In this document: positions 18,624 through 28,161 of the stretch, piece after piece
How the letters are laid out: the number at the start of each line of letters is the position of its first letter
Position numbering within the stretch: the stretch's first letter is position 1
Assembly (NCBI GenBank): GCA_017626405.1
Contig: JAGAIS010000005.1
Coordinates: 4,086 to 68,085, forward strand
Source of the DNA: Bacilli bacterium
GTDB lineage: Bacteria; Bacillota_I; Bacilli_A; RF39; UBA660
Length of the DNA stretch: 64,000 nt
Direction: 5' to 3'
Position numbers and translations under genes: made by a program
The notes under the pieces: model-generated
Told to the model about the DNA's origin: nothing
Seen by the model: the letters and a program-made list of their open reading frames with translations, nothing else
Databases searched by the model: none

Positions 18624-20129
18624 TTATCTACTTAATCCATTTTCGTTTGAAAGTTCCATACTATTAATTTCGCGTTCAAATTCTTCTTTAAAAACATTCA
18701 AATCTAATTCAATTGGATTCTTCATTTGATCGAAATAGTATGTAATTTCTTCTACTAACTCATCGTATTTGCTCATTGCTTCATCATATGTCATATCAGA
18801 TGTTACATTATTCTTAATAAACATTCTTGTTATGTATTGGTATAATTCGTTAAAATCTTCAAACTCCGGTTCAATATAAGGTGTATATCTTAAAGCAGCT
18901 TCAGCATCAATTAGAGTAATAATATGATATGCATATTGTTCATCCTCCATGTACTCGTCCATTTTATCAATTAGATAATTAACACTATGATTCATGAAGT
19001 CTGCACCGTTATAGTCGATAGCATCTAATATTATTCTAAAATAGCTTGATTGAAGAGTATAGAAATTTGATTTATTTCCAAGCCCTTGCAATTCATAACA
19101 AAAATCAGTAATAAGAGCTTCCTCAATATACATTCCCATATTCATATCATCAAAGAATGAAACGAATATTTTCTTTCCGTCTTCTCTTTCAAATATAGTG
19201 TTTCTTGCACAATGAGTTAATTCATGTGCGACAATAATATAATCACTACTTTCTCGGCTTAAATCTATACCATCTAAAACATATATAGTGTTTTCACTCT
19301 TTTTATAACATGCAAGAGAAGTCGTAGATAATGTATGACGCGCCATTTCATCTTTTGTACAAACTTTAATTTCTAAAGTGGAAAGATTATGATAAAGTGT
19401 TGAAAAGTCAGAACCAGGATATAATCTATTCCAGTCTCTTACATATTGTAATATGAATTGCTTATAATCATTGTTTATTTTTGTATTACTATTAAGAGCA
19501 CTTTCTATTTGCTCTATAGTAACATTGCTATAACCATATACTTCTTCATATGCGTTACTATCTCTTACATATATACGATTTACATATTCTAATTCTTCGT
19601 AATCAGAAGCGTATTTAAAATCTATGCCATCATCAGCAGTTGCTAACAAATCTAAATAATTATCAACCTCTCCAACAATATTATTTTGAGAATCTGTGAT
19701 ATTGCTACTTTGATTGTTAGAAATTGCATCTACTTTTTCGGATTCATAACTCCCTTCTTCTATAGTTTCAGAGTCACTATATACGCTATTAGTATCAGTA
19801 TAAGCGTTTTTATATGATGGAAGATCTTCTAAAGTAAATGAAGGTTTTTGACCGCATCCAACTAGTAAAGATGAAGTTAAAGTAACTAAAACTCCGTATC
19901 TTATTGCTTTAGGAACAAAATGGAAATATTTTATCTTATCATTTTTTATGTTTTGAGAATGTCTACTGTAGTTAAATAAATAGTTTATTTCTATCAAATC
20001 GCTTAATTCAGGATAATAAAATTTTCCATCCTTAATTTCCAAAAAAGCAATCTTATTTGATTCGCTCATAAATAATTGATATCTTTTACTATTATATTTA
20101 AATCTTGCGATTTTTCTAAATTTATTCAT
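18624..20129 (-). CDS. membrane-anchored HExxH metallopeptidase-like protein
   Basis: AHELTH plus downstream EEA third-ligand helix; internal hydrophobic segment ending LLVGC; AGGTGG SD before ATG 20129. Confidence 0.65.
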   Translation of the reverse strand: MNKFRKIARFKYNSKRYQLFMSESNKIAFLEIKDGKFYYPELSDLIEINYLFNYSRHSQNIKNDKIKYFHFVPKAIRYGVLVTLTSSLLVGCGQKPSFTLEDLPSYKNAYTDTNSVYSDSETIEEGSYESEKVDAISNNQSSNITDSQNNIVGEVDNYLDLLATADDGIDFKYASDYEELEYVNRIYVRDSNAYEEVYGYSNVTIEQIESALNSNTKINNDYKQFILQYVRDWNRLYPGSDFSTLYHNLSTLEIKVCTKDEMARHTLSTTSLACYKKSENTIYVLDGIDLSRESSDYIIVAHELTHCARNTIFEREDGKKIFVSFFDDMNMGMYIEEALITDFCYELQGLGNKSNFYTLQSSYFRIILDAIDYNGADFMNHSVNYLIDKMDEYMEDEQYAYHIITLIDAEAALRYTPYIEPEFEDFNELYQYITRMFIKNNVTSDMTYDEAMSKYDELVEEITYYFDQMKNPIELDLNVFKEEFEREINSMELSNENGLSR

Positions 20130-20227
20130 ACAACCACCTATTATCATTATAACAAAATGCAATAATTAATTTTCTATTTTAGAACAATATTTAAAGTTAT
20201 TTACATAAAAATTAACAAATAATAATA

Positions 20228-20256
20228 TTGCTTATAATTTTATAACTTGGTATAAT
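20228..20256 (+). promoter_or_regulatory. sigma-A promoter of essC
   Basis: TTGCTT-N17-TATAAT with TG extension; GGGGAG SD downstream. Confidence 0.75.
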
Positions 20257-20283
20257 AAAATAAATAATAAGGGGAGTATTATT

Positions 20284-23200
20284 ATGATTTGTTATATATT
20301 AAGAGATGATAAACTGGATAAATTGCAATTGCCAGCAAAGGTTTCAGGTGTTTATTCTATTTTAAACAATGAAAATAAAATGATTACTAACATCGAAGCT
20401 GAAAATGACAAATGGGTGATTAAATCAAACGATGATATAGAGATTCAGGCTAACGGGCAAGTAGTTAAAGATGTTGAATTAGTTAGTTTTTGTTTGTATG
20501 TAATAAAAGAAGTTAAAAAGGAATTAACTACGAAAATAATATCTTTACCAACATATGATAATAATGTTGAATACTATATAAGTAAAAAAGATACGATTAC
20601 TATAGGTTCATCAAATGATTGTTCAATTGTTTATAATATACCTGCAGTTTCTAGCACTCATGTAACACTAAGTAAAAGTGGGAATCATTGGGTTGCAAAG
20701 ACGGAAAACAAAGGAGCTTATATTAATAACAAACCATTTAGAAATAAAAACATGTTTCATGGTGATTATATATTTTTATATGGGCTTAAGATAATAGTAA
20801 TCAATAATTATTTTATAATTAACAAACCAAATAATGCGTTATCTATTAACCCGGAATGTTTTGAAAAAAAGCAAATAGATAAGCAAGTAATTACATATGA
20901 AAAAGAAATCCCAGATGATACGCCTTTATATAATAAAAACCAATTGTTTTTTAAAGCACCAAGATTTAAAAGCGTTATAGAAAAAGAACGCGTTGTAATT
21001 GATACTCCACCCGAAAGAGAAGAAACTTCGACAGATCCGGCAATTTTACAGGTTGGTCCGCGTTTGACAATGGTAATTACATCGGCATATACATTATTTA
21101 ATACTCTTCAAAGCTATATGTTAGGTGAAACTACTTTCGAAAGATGTATTCCATCTATACTTGCAATTGTAACATTATTACTTTCATCTTTCTTTTGGCC
21201 AACTATAACAAGAAAATATCATGCTAGAAGGATGAAAAAAGAAAATATTAGAAGATATAAGAAATATCGAAAGTATTTAGAAAAGAAAAAGAATAAAATT
21301 GATGAGATTAAATCGCTACAAAAACAAATATTAATTGAAAATAATATTCCATTAGAAGAATGTCAATCAATAATTTACAATAGAAAGAGAAATTTATGGG
21401 AAAGAAATATTGATCATGATGATTTCTTGGAAGCAAAAATAGGAATAGGAAGAGTAGAGACACAAATTGATATTGAAGATCCTTCAGATCGCTTTACTAT
21501 TGAAGATAGTGATGTCTTACAGGATGCTTTAGATGAAATTTTAGCTGAAGCTAAATATATGGATGATTGTCCTGTCAATGTGTCGTTTATAAAAAAACAA
21601 GTAGTTGCCATAGTTGGAAATGAATTAATGACTAAGTATTTCGTTGATAGTTTATTCTTACAATTTATGACATTCCATGCTTATAATGATTTAAAGATAG
21701 TAACTATAACTAATAAGAAAAACGAATATTTATGGGAGTATTTAAAAATAATACCTCATTCATGGGATGGAGCAAAGGAAAATAGATACTTTGCAACTAC
21801 TGCTGAAGAAGCTGCAGAAATTAATACCGAATTAGAAAAGGTATTTGGAGATCGTCGATCAGATGATGAAACTGTTAAATTAGAAGAAAATGGCGAACAA
21901 GGTGAAGAAAGACCAAGATATTTCGATTATCGTCCATATTATTTAATTTTCTTGGATGATTTGGAAACTGGAAGAAATTTATCTGCAATAAAAAAAATAT
22001 TATCATATAGAACAAATTTAGGATTTTCAATAATAATTAGAAATAATCGTCTATCTAATTTGCCTAGTGAATGTACTACATTTATCAATGTCGATGGGGA
22101 AAATTCTGGATTGTTCGAAAGTGAACTAGCTTCATACAATCAAAAACAGTTTAATGCAGAACTAAACAAGTCGATAGATATGTATGGATGTGCTGAACAA
22201 CTTGCAAATATTCCAATGGTTAAGGACAAAGGTAAATACGAACTTCCTTCGAGTGTATCTTTCCTATCAATATATAAAGTGGGAAAAGTTGAACAATTAA
22301 ATTCACTTGAAAGGTGGAAAACTAATAATCCAGTAGCATCTTTAGCAGTACCTATTGGTATTAATCAAGATGGAGAGATTTTTAAAATGGATGCCCATGA
22401 AAAAGGATGGGGACCTCATGGATTAGTTGCAGGTATGACTGGTTCAGGTAAATCAGAATGGATCATTACATACATATTATCTTTAGCAGTTAACTTTCAC
22501 CCAGATGAAGTACAGTTCGTACTGATAGACTATAAGGGTGGAGGTCTTGCATTATCGTTTGAAAATAAAGAGATGGGTATTAAGTTGCCACATTTAGCGG
22601 GTACAATAACAAACCTTGATAAATCAGCAATAAACCGTGCATTGACTTCTATTGAAGCTGAATTAAAGAGAAGACAAAATCTATTTAATGAAGCGAGAGA
22701 GAAACTTCATGAATCAAGCATTAATATTTATAAATATCAACAATATTATCGTAAAGGTATGTTGGATGAACCTATGTCGCATCTATTTATAATTTCCGAT
22801 GAGTTTGCAGAGTTAAAGTCGCAAGAACCAGAATTTTTGGATCAACTTGTTTCGACAGCTCGTATAGGTCGTTCTCTAGGAGTTCACCTAATCTTGGCAA
22901 CACAAAAACCAAGTGGTGTAGTTAATGATCAAATTTGGTCGAACTCAAGATTCCACGTTTGTTTAAGAGTTCAAGATAAGAGCGATTCACAAGAGATGAT
23001 TAAGAGCACAGATGCAGCAATGTTAAAAACTACAGGTTCTTTCTATTTACAAGTAGGTTATAATGAATACTTCAGTTTGGGACAAAGTGCTTGGGCTGGA
23101 GCTAAGTACTATCCATCAGATATTGTTAAAACTGATGTAGATCAGTCTGTTCAGTATATTGATAACATGGGAAAAACAATAAATAGTTATGATGAAAACA

Positions 23201-24861
23201 CATTTAAAGAGAATGTTAGAAAAGAAGATAACGGAGAAGAATTATTAAATATTGTCTCTTACATTTCGAAAATTTCTGAAGGTGAACATATTGTTGGTAA
23301 GCAATTATGGTTGCCAAATATCCCAGAAGAGATTATGTTAGCAGATGTTAAAAAGAGGTATAACCATCAACCAAAGCCTTATGATTTTACAACAGTTATT
23401 GGTGAATATGACAATCCTGCTCTTCAAGAGCAAAATGTGTTTACTTATAATTTAAAAGAAAATACGGCAATATTTGGTGAAACTGGTTCAGGTAAGGAAA
23501 ATCTAATATCGACAATATTATGGTCTAGTATGACAGAACATACTCCAACAGAGATTAATTACTATATTATTGATTTAGGTTCAGAGACCTTGAGAATGTT
23601 TAGCAAGTTCCCTCATGTTGGCGAAGTAGCTTTCATTGAAAATTTTGATACCATAATTGGAATTCTTCAAATGATTGAAGAAGAAATTGAGCGCAGAAAA
23701 GATTTGTTCGCAGATTATAATGGTAGTTATGAAGGCTATTTAAAAGAGAGCGGAAAGGCATTGCCTCTTTGGACAATTGTAATTAATGCATTTGATATAT
23801 TTCAAGAGAATCTACCTAGATTAGTTGATGCTGTAAACAATATGTTTAGAGACGGAGTTAAATATGGAATTACTTTCATTGTATCAGTTTCTTCGCAACA
23901 AGCATTACGTTCAAAAGTTGCAGCATTCTTTAAAAATAAGATTGTTCTTCATCAACCTGATGATACTAATTATCGCTCAATATTAGGCTGTGATAAAAAG
24001 CTTATTCCTCAAAACGCATATAGTAGAGGAATTGCAATTATTAAAGATGATCTTTTCTGTGAATTCCAAGGAGCATATATAGCAGAAAAAGCAAATATAA
24101 ACTCTATTGTTAGAAAGAATGCTGATAATTTTGCTGCTTATTACAAAGTAAGAGCTAAGTCGTTACCTAAGATACCAGATACAGTTACAAGTGAAGAATT
24201 ATCCAAATATATTACGACATTAGATAAATTTCCTATTGGTTACAATTTCCACGAAAAAAACATTTGTACATTTGACATGTTGAAACAGAAAATGTTTGTT
24301 ATGTGTGTTGATAATTTTAAAGATACAATTAATTCAATATATGGAATTGTAAATATGTTATCTAAGTCTCCGGGTACTAAGGTTAGAGTACTAGACTTTG
24401 ATAATATATATAAGGGAACTAATATGGAAATTCAATATTTTAATGAAAAATTGGATGCAACAATATTAGCATTGAAGGGAGATCTTGAAAAACGTACAGA
24501 TAATCAAGATCAAGGTATTACTTTTGTATTAGGTGTAGGATTGTATAAGAATAAATTAAAAGAAGTAGGTACTCAATACTTTGTAGATTACATTAATGCA
24601 ATTAATGATGCTAAAAAATCAACAATTATCTTAGTAGATACTTATGAAAGAATGAAACGACTAAGAATCGAAACTTGGTTCAAAAGTGTTAATACAAGTT
24701 ATGGTATATGGCTAGGTAATAATATTTCTAATCAAAACTTATTCAGTGTTAAGTCAATTACAATGGAAGATCGCAAAATTGTATATGAGGGTCTAGGATT
24801 TGTTATAAATGATGCCGAATATATGATGATTAAGACAGTATTGGATGGTGAGGATAGTTAA
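20284..24861 (+). CDS. essC: type VII secretion ATPase EssC/YukB (FHA-TM-FtsK domains)
   Basis: FHA (ITIGSS..C.I....VS..H), two TMs, LWER...DFL, HGLVAGMTGSGKS, LIDYKGG, DEFAELK, ARIGRSLGVHLILATQKP, second P-loop GETGSGKE. Confidence 0.95.
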   Translation: MICYILRDDKLDKLQLPAKVSGVYSILNNENKMITNIEAENDKWVIKSNDDIEIQANGQVVKDVELVSFCLYVIKEVKKELTTKIISLPTYDNNVEYYISKKDTITIGSSNDCSIVYNIPAVSSTHVTLSKSGNHWVAKTENKGAYINNKPFRNKNMFHGDYIFLYGLKIIVINNYFIINKPNNALSINPECFEKKQIDKQVITYEKEIPDDTPLYNKNQLFFKAPRFKSVIEKERVVIDTPPEREETSTDPAILQVGPRLTMVITSAYTLFNTLQSYMLGETTFERCIPSILAIVTLLLSSFFWPTITRKYHARRMKKENIRRYKKYRKYLEKKKNKIDEIKSLQKQILIENNIPLEECQSIIYNRKRNLWERNIDHDDFLEAKIGIGRVETQIDIEDPSDRFTIEDSDVLQDALDEILAEAKYMDDCPVNVSFIKKQVVAIVGNELMTKYFVDSLFLQFMTFHAYNDLKIVTITNKKNEYLWEYLKIIPHSWDGAKENRYFATTAEEAAEINTELEKVFGDRRSDDETVKLEENGEQGEERPRYFDYRPYYLIFLDDLETGRNLSAIKKILSYRTNLGFSIIIRNNRLSNLPSECTTFINVDGENSGLFESELASYNQKQFNAELNKSIDMYGCAEQLANIPMVKDKGKYELPSSVSFLSIYKVGKVEQLNSLERWKTNNPVASLAVPIGINQDGEIFKMDAHEKGWGPHGLVAGMTGSGKSEWIITYILSLAVNFHPDEVQFVLIDYKGGGLALSFENKEMGIKLPHLAGTITNLDKSAINRALTSIEAELKRRQNLFNEAREKLHESSINIYKYQQYYRKGMLDEPMSHLFIISDEFAELKSQEPEFLDQLVSTARIGRSLGVHLILATQKPSGVVNDQIWSNSRFHVCLRVQDKSDSQEMIKSTDAAMLKTTGSFYLQVGYNEYFSLGQSAWAGAKYYPSDIVKTDVDQSVQYIDNMGKTINSYDENTFKENVRKEDNGEELLNIVSYISKISEGEHIVGKQLWLPNIPEEIMLADVKKRYNHQPKPYDFTTVIGEYDNPALQEQNVFTYNLKENTAIFGETGSGKENLISTILWSSMTEHTPTEINYYIIDLGSETLRMFSKFPHVGEVAFIENFDTIIGILQMIEEEIERRKDLFADYNGSYEGYLKESGKALPLWTIVINAFDIFQENLPRLVDAVNNMFRDGVKYGITFIVSVSSQQALRSKVAAFFKNKIVLHQPDDTNYRSILGCDKKLIPQNAYSRGIAIIKDDLFCEFQGAYIAEKANINSIVRKNADNFAAYYKVRAKSLPKIPDTVTSEELSKYITTLDKFPIGYNFHEKNICTFDMLKQKMFVMCVDNFKDTINSIYGIVNMLSKSPGTKVRVLDFDNIYKGTNMEIQYFNEKLDATILALKGDLEKRTDNQDQGITFVLGVGLYKNKLKEVGTQYFVDYINAINDAKKSTIILVDTYERMKRLRIETWFKSVNTSYGIWLGNNISNQNLFSVKSITMEDRKIVYEGLGFVINDAEYMMIKTVLDGEDS

Positions 24862-25115
24862 TGGACTATAAGGTTTTAGTAACGGTGTTTGTTCCGGAAA
24901 TAGATCAAAAATTTGAATTCTATATACCTGTAAATAGATATGTAGAACAAGTAATAACTATTATTAATCAAGCAATAAATAATATAGTATTTGACCAATA
25001 TCCAATAAAGGACAATCTTCAATTATGCAATAGAAGAACTGGTGAAATATATAACAATGGATTATATGTTAGAAATACCAATATTAAAAATGGTACACAG
25101 CTTGTATTGTTTTAA
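24861..25115 (+). CDS. YukD/EsaB ubiquitin-like T7SS protein
   Basis: 84 aa beta-grasp pattern ending IKNGTQLVLF; translationally coupled to essC (TAATG). Confidence 0.75.
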   Translation: MDYKVLVTVFVPEIDQKFEFYIPVNRYVEQVITIINQAINNIVFDQYPIKDNLQLCNRRTGEIYNNGLYVRNTNIKNGTQLVLF

Positions 25116-25170
25116 ATGTAAAGCATAAGTAAATACTATTTACAAATAATAGATAACAAATATATAATAA

Positions 25171-25218
25171 AGTTAGAGTAGTGAACGATATAAATTACTC
25201 TAGCTTTATTTTTGTTTT
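25171..25218 (+). terminator. terminator/attenuator-like hairpin before the WXG cassette
   Basis: AGTTAGAGTAGT pairs with ATTACTCTAGCT (12 bp including G-U), followed by TTATTTTTGTTTT. Confidence 0.55.
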
Positions 25219-25233
25219 GAAAGGAGAATCTAT

Positions 25234-25606
25234 AGTGCGCGATGGCGGAGTGTCTTTTGGTTCAGATGCAGGTCAAGGAATCAAAGAGATAGAGTTAGAA
25301 AATTTAATTTTAGAACTTAACAATGATGTTGATGATATTGGTTCTATTTTGAGAAATATCGAAAATATTGTATATGATGTTCAAGATTATATTAAGGGGC
25401 CTGTAGGTGATGCTTTAATAAGCAAATTAGATAATTATAAACGTCAATTTGATTTGTTAAAGTCTAATCTACTAAGCTATCCCGATGATTTACTTGGTTT
25501 GAAAATTAGTATGGATGAGAATGATAAAGCCGCAAGAGATGCAATGACAGATTTATCTCAAAACATTAATGTAGAAGCCAATAAGATTAACAATAAGGAG
25601 GTATAA
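25234..25606 (+). CDS. WXG100-like helical hairpin protein (degenerate IKG turn)
   Basis: AAGGAG SD before GTG 25234; helix-IKGPVGDA-helix; located in the T7SS locus. Confidence 0.6.
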
Positions 25607-25609
25607 TTT

Positions 25610-25927
25610 ATGGCACAATTAAATATCGAACAAGCTGGTATTGGTTATGATACTGTAGGTATATCAAATTTCTTAAATAAATTAAATTTAGATGTTATTG
25701 ATGACCTAATTTCAAAATTACATAACAATATGGGAACTTTAAGAGCAGCAGTTGATCAAGTATGGGCTGGTCAATCAGCAAATGCTTTTAAAGAAAAATT
25801 AGAGAGAGACTCTGAAACAATGATACAAACATTAGAAGGAATTAAGGATGACGTTAAAGCAGAATTTGCTCAAATTGCACAAAATGTTGATAATTATGAC
25901 TCTGCTATAGCTGAATCATTAAGATAA
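25610..25927 (+). CDS. WXG100 family protein (EsxA-like)
   Basis: 105 aa, central VWAGQSANAF, strong AAGGAGG SD, highly-expressed-type codon use. Confidence 0.85.
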   Translation: MAQLNIEQAGIGYDTVGISNFLNKLNLDVIDDLISKLHNNMGTLRAAVDQVWAGQSANAFKEKLERDSETMIQTLEGIKDDVKAEFAQIAQNVDNYDSAIAESLR

Positions 25928-25941
25928 GGAGGAAACGGAAT

Positions 25942-26442
25942 ATGTCTATACAAAATCTCGTAGGAAATGGAATAAGCGACCTATATCATATGGGAACTGG
26001 AACTCTTCAAGAAATCGGAAGTAGAATTGAATCACTATTAAGTGGTGCTACTGCAAGACTTGAATCACTTTGGGATGGTGGATTCGTTGGTATTGATACT
26101 GCAAACTACACTATCTTAACTGAAGCAATTGATGCTCATGTTAAATCTCTAGAAGATATAATTAATAACTTTAACACAGAAGCTTATATTGATGGAGCTT
26201 TAAAAGGACAAGCAAGAGATGAAGCTGTTTTATATGTTAAAGCAATTAAACAATTATTAGAAGCTTATGCTACTACTTATAGACAATTTAATATTGCATT
26301 AACTGGTGCTGCTCATGGTGAAAGAATTGAAGATTCAAGTATCATGGCTCAAATGATAGCTGGAGATCAAAGTAATGCTCAAGCTATTAATTCTGATGCT
26401 CAAGCAATTCAAACTGAAGCATCTCAAATTAGAATTGACTAA
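25942..26442 (+). CDS. extended WXG100-like protein
   Basis: 166 aa, helical; ALKGQARD turn, N-terminal extension with LWDGG; AAGGAGG SD. Confidence 0.6.
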   Translation: MSIQNLVGNGISDLYHMGTGTLQEIGSRIESLLSGATARLESLWDGGFVGIDTANYTILTEAIDAHVKSLEDIINNFNTEAYIDGALKGQARDEAVLYVKAIKQLLEAYATTYRQFNIALTGAAHGERIEDSSIMAQMIAGDQSNAQAINSDAQAIQTEASQIRID

Positions 26443-26478
26443 TAAATAATATTTTTTAAATAGAGGAGGGGTTTCAAC

Positions 26479-26835
26479 ATGGCAAGTATTCCAGAGTTGA
26501 AAAGACTATTAACAGATTTTGCAAATTATAAGATTTCTGTCAGTGTTACAGCAAGTTATATGATTAAATCTTCTAATTCACTTGGAAGTGTTAGTGAAAC
26601 TGCTAATAATAATTACAGTATCAACGATGATGGAAGTAATTTAGGGGAAGTTGCAAAATCATTAAAAGAAAGCTGTGCTGAAACTTCTAACTATTTAAAA
26701 AATACAGTTATTCCTGCTATAGATACTAAGATGGATGAGATAGAACAAGAAATTAAAAGATTAGAGGAAGAAGAAAGACGTCGTGAAGAAGCGGAAGCTG
26801 CAAGGCGATCATCTTTCAGCTCTTTTAGGTGGTAG
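26479..26835 (+). CDS. small helical T7SS accessory protein (DUF5082/Lap-like)
   Basis: 118 aa, YSIND turn, ID.K..EIE..I..LEEEERRR C-terminal coiled coil. Confidence 0.55.
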   Translation: MASIPELKRLLTDFANYKISVSVTASYMIKSSNSLGSVSETANNNYSINDDGSNLGEVAKSLKESCAETSNYLKNTVIPAIDTKMDEIEQEIKRLEEEERRREEAEAARRSSFSSFRW

Positions 26836-26838
26836 CTT

Positions 26839-27159
26839 ATGAACGAAAATTATATAGAGTGTGATACAGAAAAAATCCAAGATGCGGGATTAAAGATTTG
26901 TGATTATTTAGATGAATTGCAATCAAAAGTAGATAATTTTTTTAAGAAAATAGAGAGCATTCCAGTTACTGGTGAATGGACCGGAAAGAATGCTGAAGTA
27001 TACAGTGAAAAAGTATATAGAGATTTAAACATATATACAAAGTTTATTTCGAATATGAAAGATATAGCTGACGAAATGAAGAGATTTTCGGGAGATACAG
27101 AAGCCAAAGTAAAATCTTGCGAAAGTGAAGTTCAGGGTACTAATTCAAGATATTATTAA
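26839..27159 (+). CDS. WXG100 family protein
   Basis: 106 aa, central EWTGKNAEVY. Confidence 0.8.
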   Translation: MNENYIECDTEKIQDAGLKICDYLDELQSKVDNFFKKIESIPVTGEWTGKNAEVYSEKVYRDLNIYTKFISNMKDIADEMKRFSGDTEAKVKSCESEVQGTNSRYY

Positions 27160-27177
27160 GATGGTAGGTGAGATTAT

Positions 27178-28161
27178 ATGAAGTTAAATATTTCAAATTC
27201 AGGTATATATGACCCTATTAAGAACGATTTAGAAGATGCTATAACAAATCTTAATAATGCAAAATCTATTCTAACTAGTCCTCCAGCTTCTTTTAGTCAA
27301 AGTGGATATATGTCTAGTTTACCATCTAAAATTAATAACTTGATTAGAAAAGTTACTAATTTGAGCAATTCTGCTTTGCGAATTGATCAAAAATATAAAG
27401 ATTATATATTAGATAAGAAAACCAAATTTAATAGTATAGATGATTATACATTAAATGAGAGAATAGGTCTTAGTGATCAATTTCAAATGTCTAGTTCAAA
27501 GTACAATGTTAATAGTGAGATTATTATGAACGAAAGTGGTATGTTGGTATTTAAAGCAATTGCTAGCGCAACAGGTATTAAATCTGCTTTAGATCATGGA
27601 TCTAGTAATATAAAAGATAGCAATGAACAACCAAGTAAAGAAGAAAAGGCATATATTAAAGGAACTCCAGATACGGTTAGTATCGAAACTGACGAACCTA
27701 TAGATAATGTTCCAAAAGAACCGGTTATTGAAAATCCAACTCCATCAAATGGAAATGGTGATATTCCAGGTACTCATTCTCCAGGTACAATGGAACCTTC
27801 ATATCAAGCGCAAGCATATAATTTATCTCCTGAAGAGTATAAGGTTCTTTGTGCTACAGTGTATGCAGAAGCTGCAGAAGGAAATGAGTATACTTATTCT
27901 GATACTATGGGAGTTACTTCTTCAATACTTAATAGAGTTGAAGCCGGTAACTGGGGCGGTTCAAGTGTAACAGAGGTAGTATCTGCACCTAATCAGTTTG
28001 AAGGTTATGGATATCAAAACCAAAAGTTTTCTCGTGCTATGAATGATCCTAGTTGTATTTCGCCAGAAATGATGCAAGCTATAAATGATACTCTTGCTGG
28101 AAGAAGAAATACTGAAGGCTATAGTTTTTATGGAAATGGAACACATAATGCATTTAGATAG
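27178..28161 (+). CDS. putative T7SS substrate with C-terminal SleB-like (Hydrolase_2) cell-wall hydrolase
   Basis: No signal peptide; helical N-terminus, Pro-rich linker, LCATVYAEA.EG...GV.SSILNRV...SVTEVV.APNQFE...GTHNAF. Confidence 0.85.
   Translation: MKLNISNSGIYDPIKNDLEDAITNLNNAKSILTSPPASFSQSGYMSSLPSKINNLIRKVTNLSNSALRIDQKYKDYILDKKTKFNSIDDYTLNERIGLSDQFQMSSSKYNVNSEIIMNESGMLVFKAIASATGIKSALDHGSSNIKDSNEQPSKEEKAYIKGTPDTVSIETDEPIDNVPKEPVIENPTPSNGNGDIPGTHSPGTMEPSYQAQAYNLSPEEYKVLCATVYAEAAEGNEYTYSDTMGVTSSILNRVEAGNWGGSSVTEVVSAPNQFEGYGYQNQKFSRAMNDPSCISPEMMQAINDTLAGRRNTEGYSFYGNGTHNAFR

Noticed and set aside
16548-20129. Possible tRNA-anchored genomic island (nuclease and hypothetical genes after tRNA-Pro)
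   Set aside because: No integrase, no duplicated tRNA 3' end seen, and no obvious compositional shift.
25181-25233. ORF-track start of the first WXG-like gene
   Set aside because: It lies inside the hairpin with no SD; AAGGAG points to GTG 25234.
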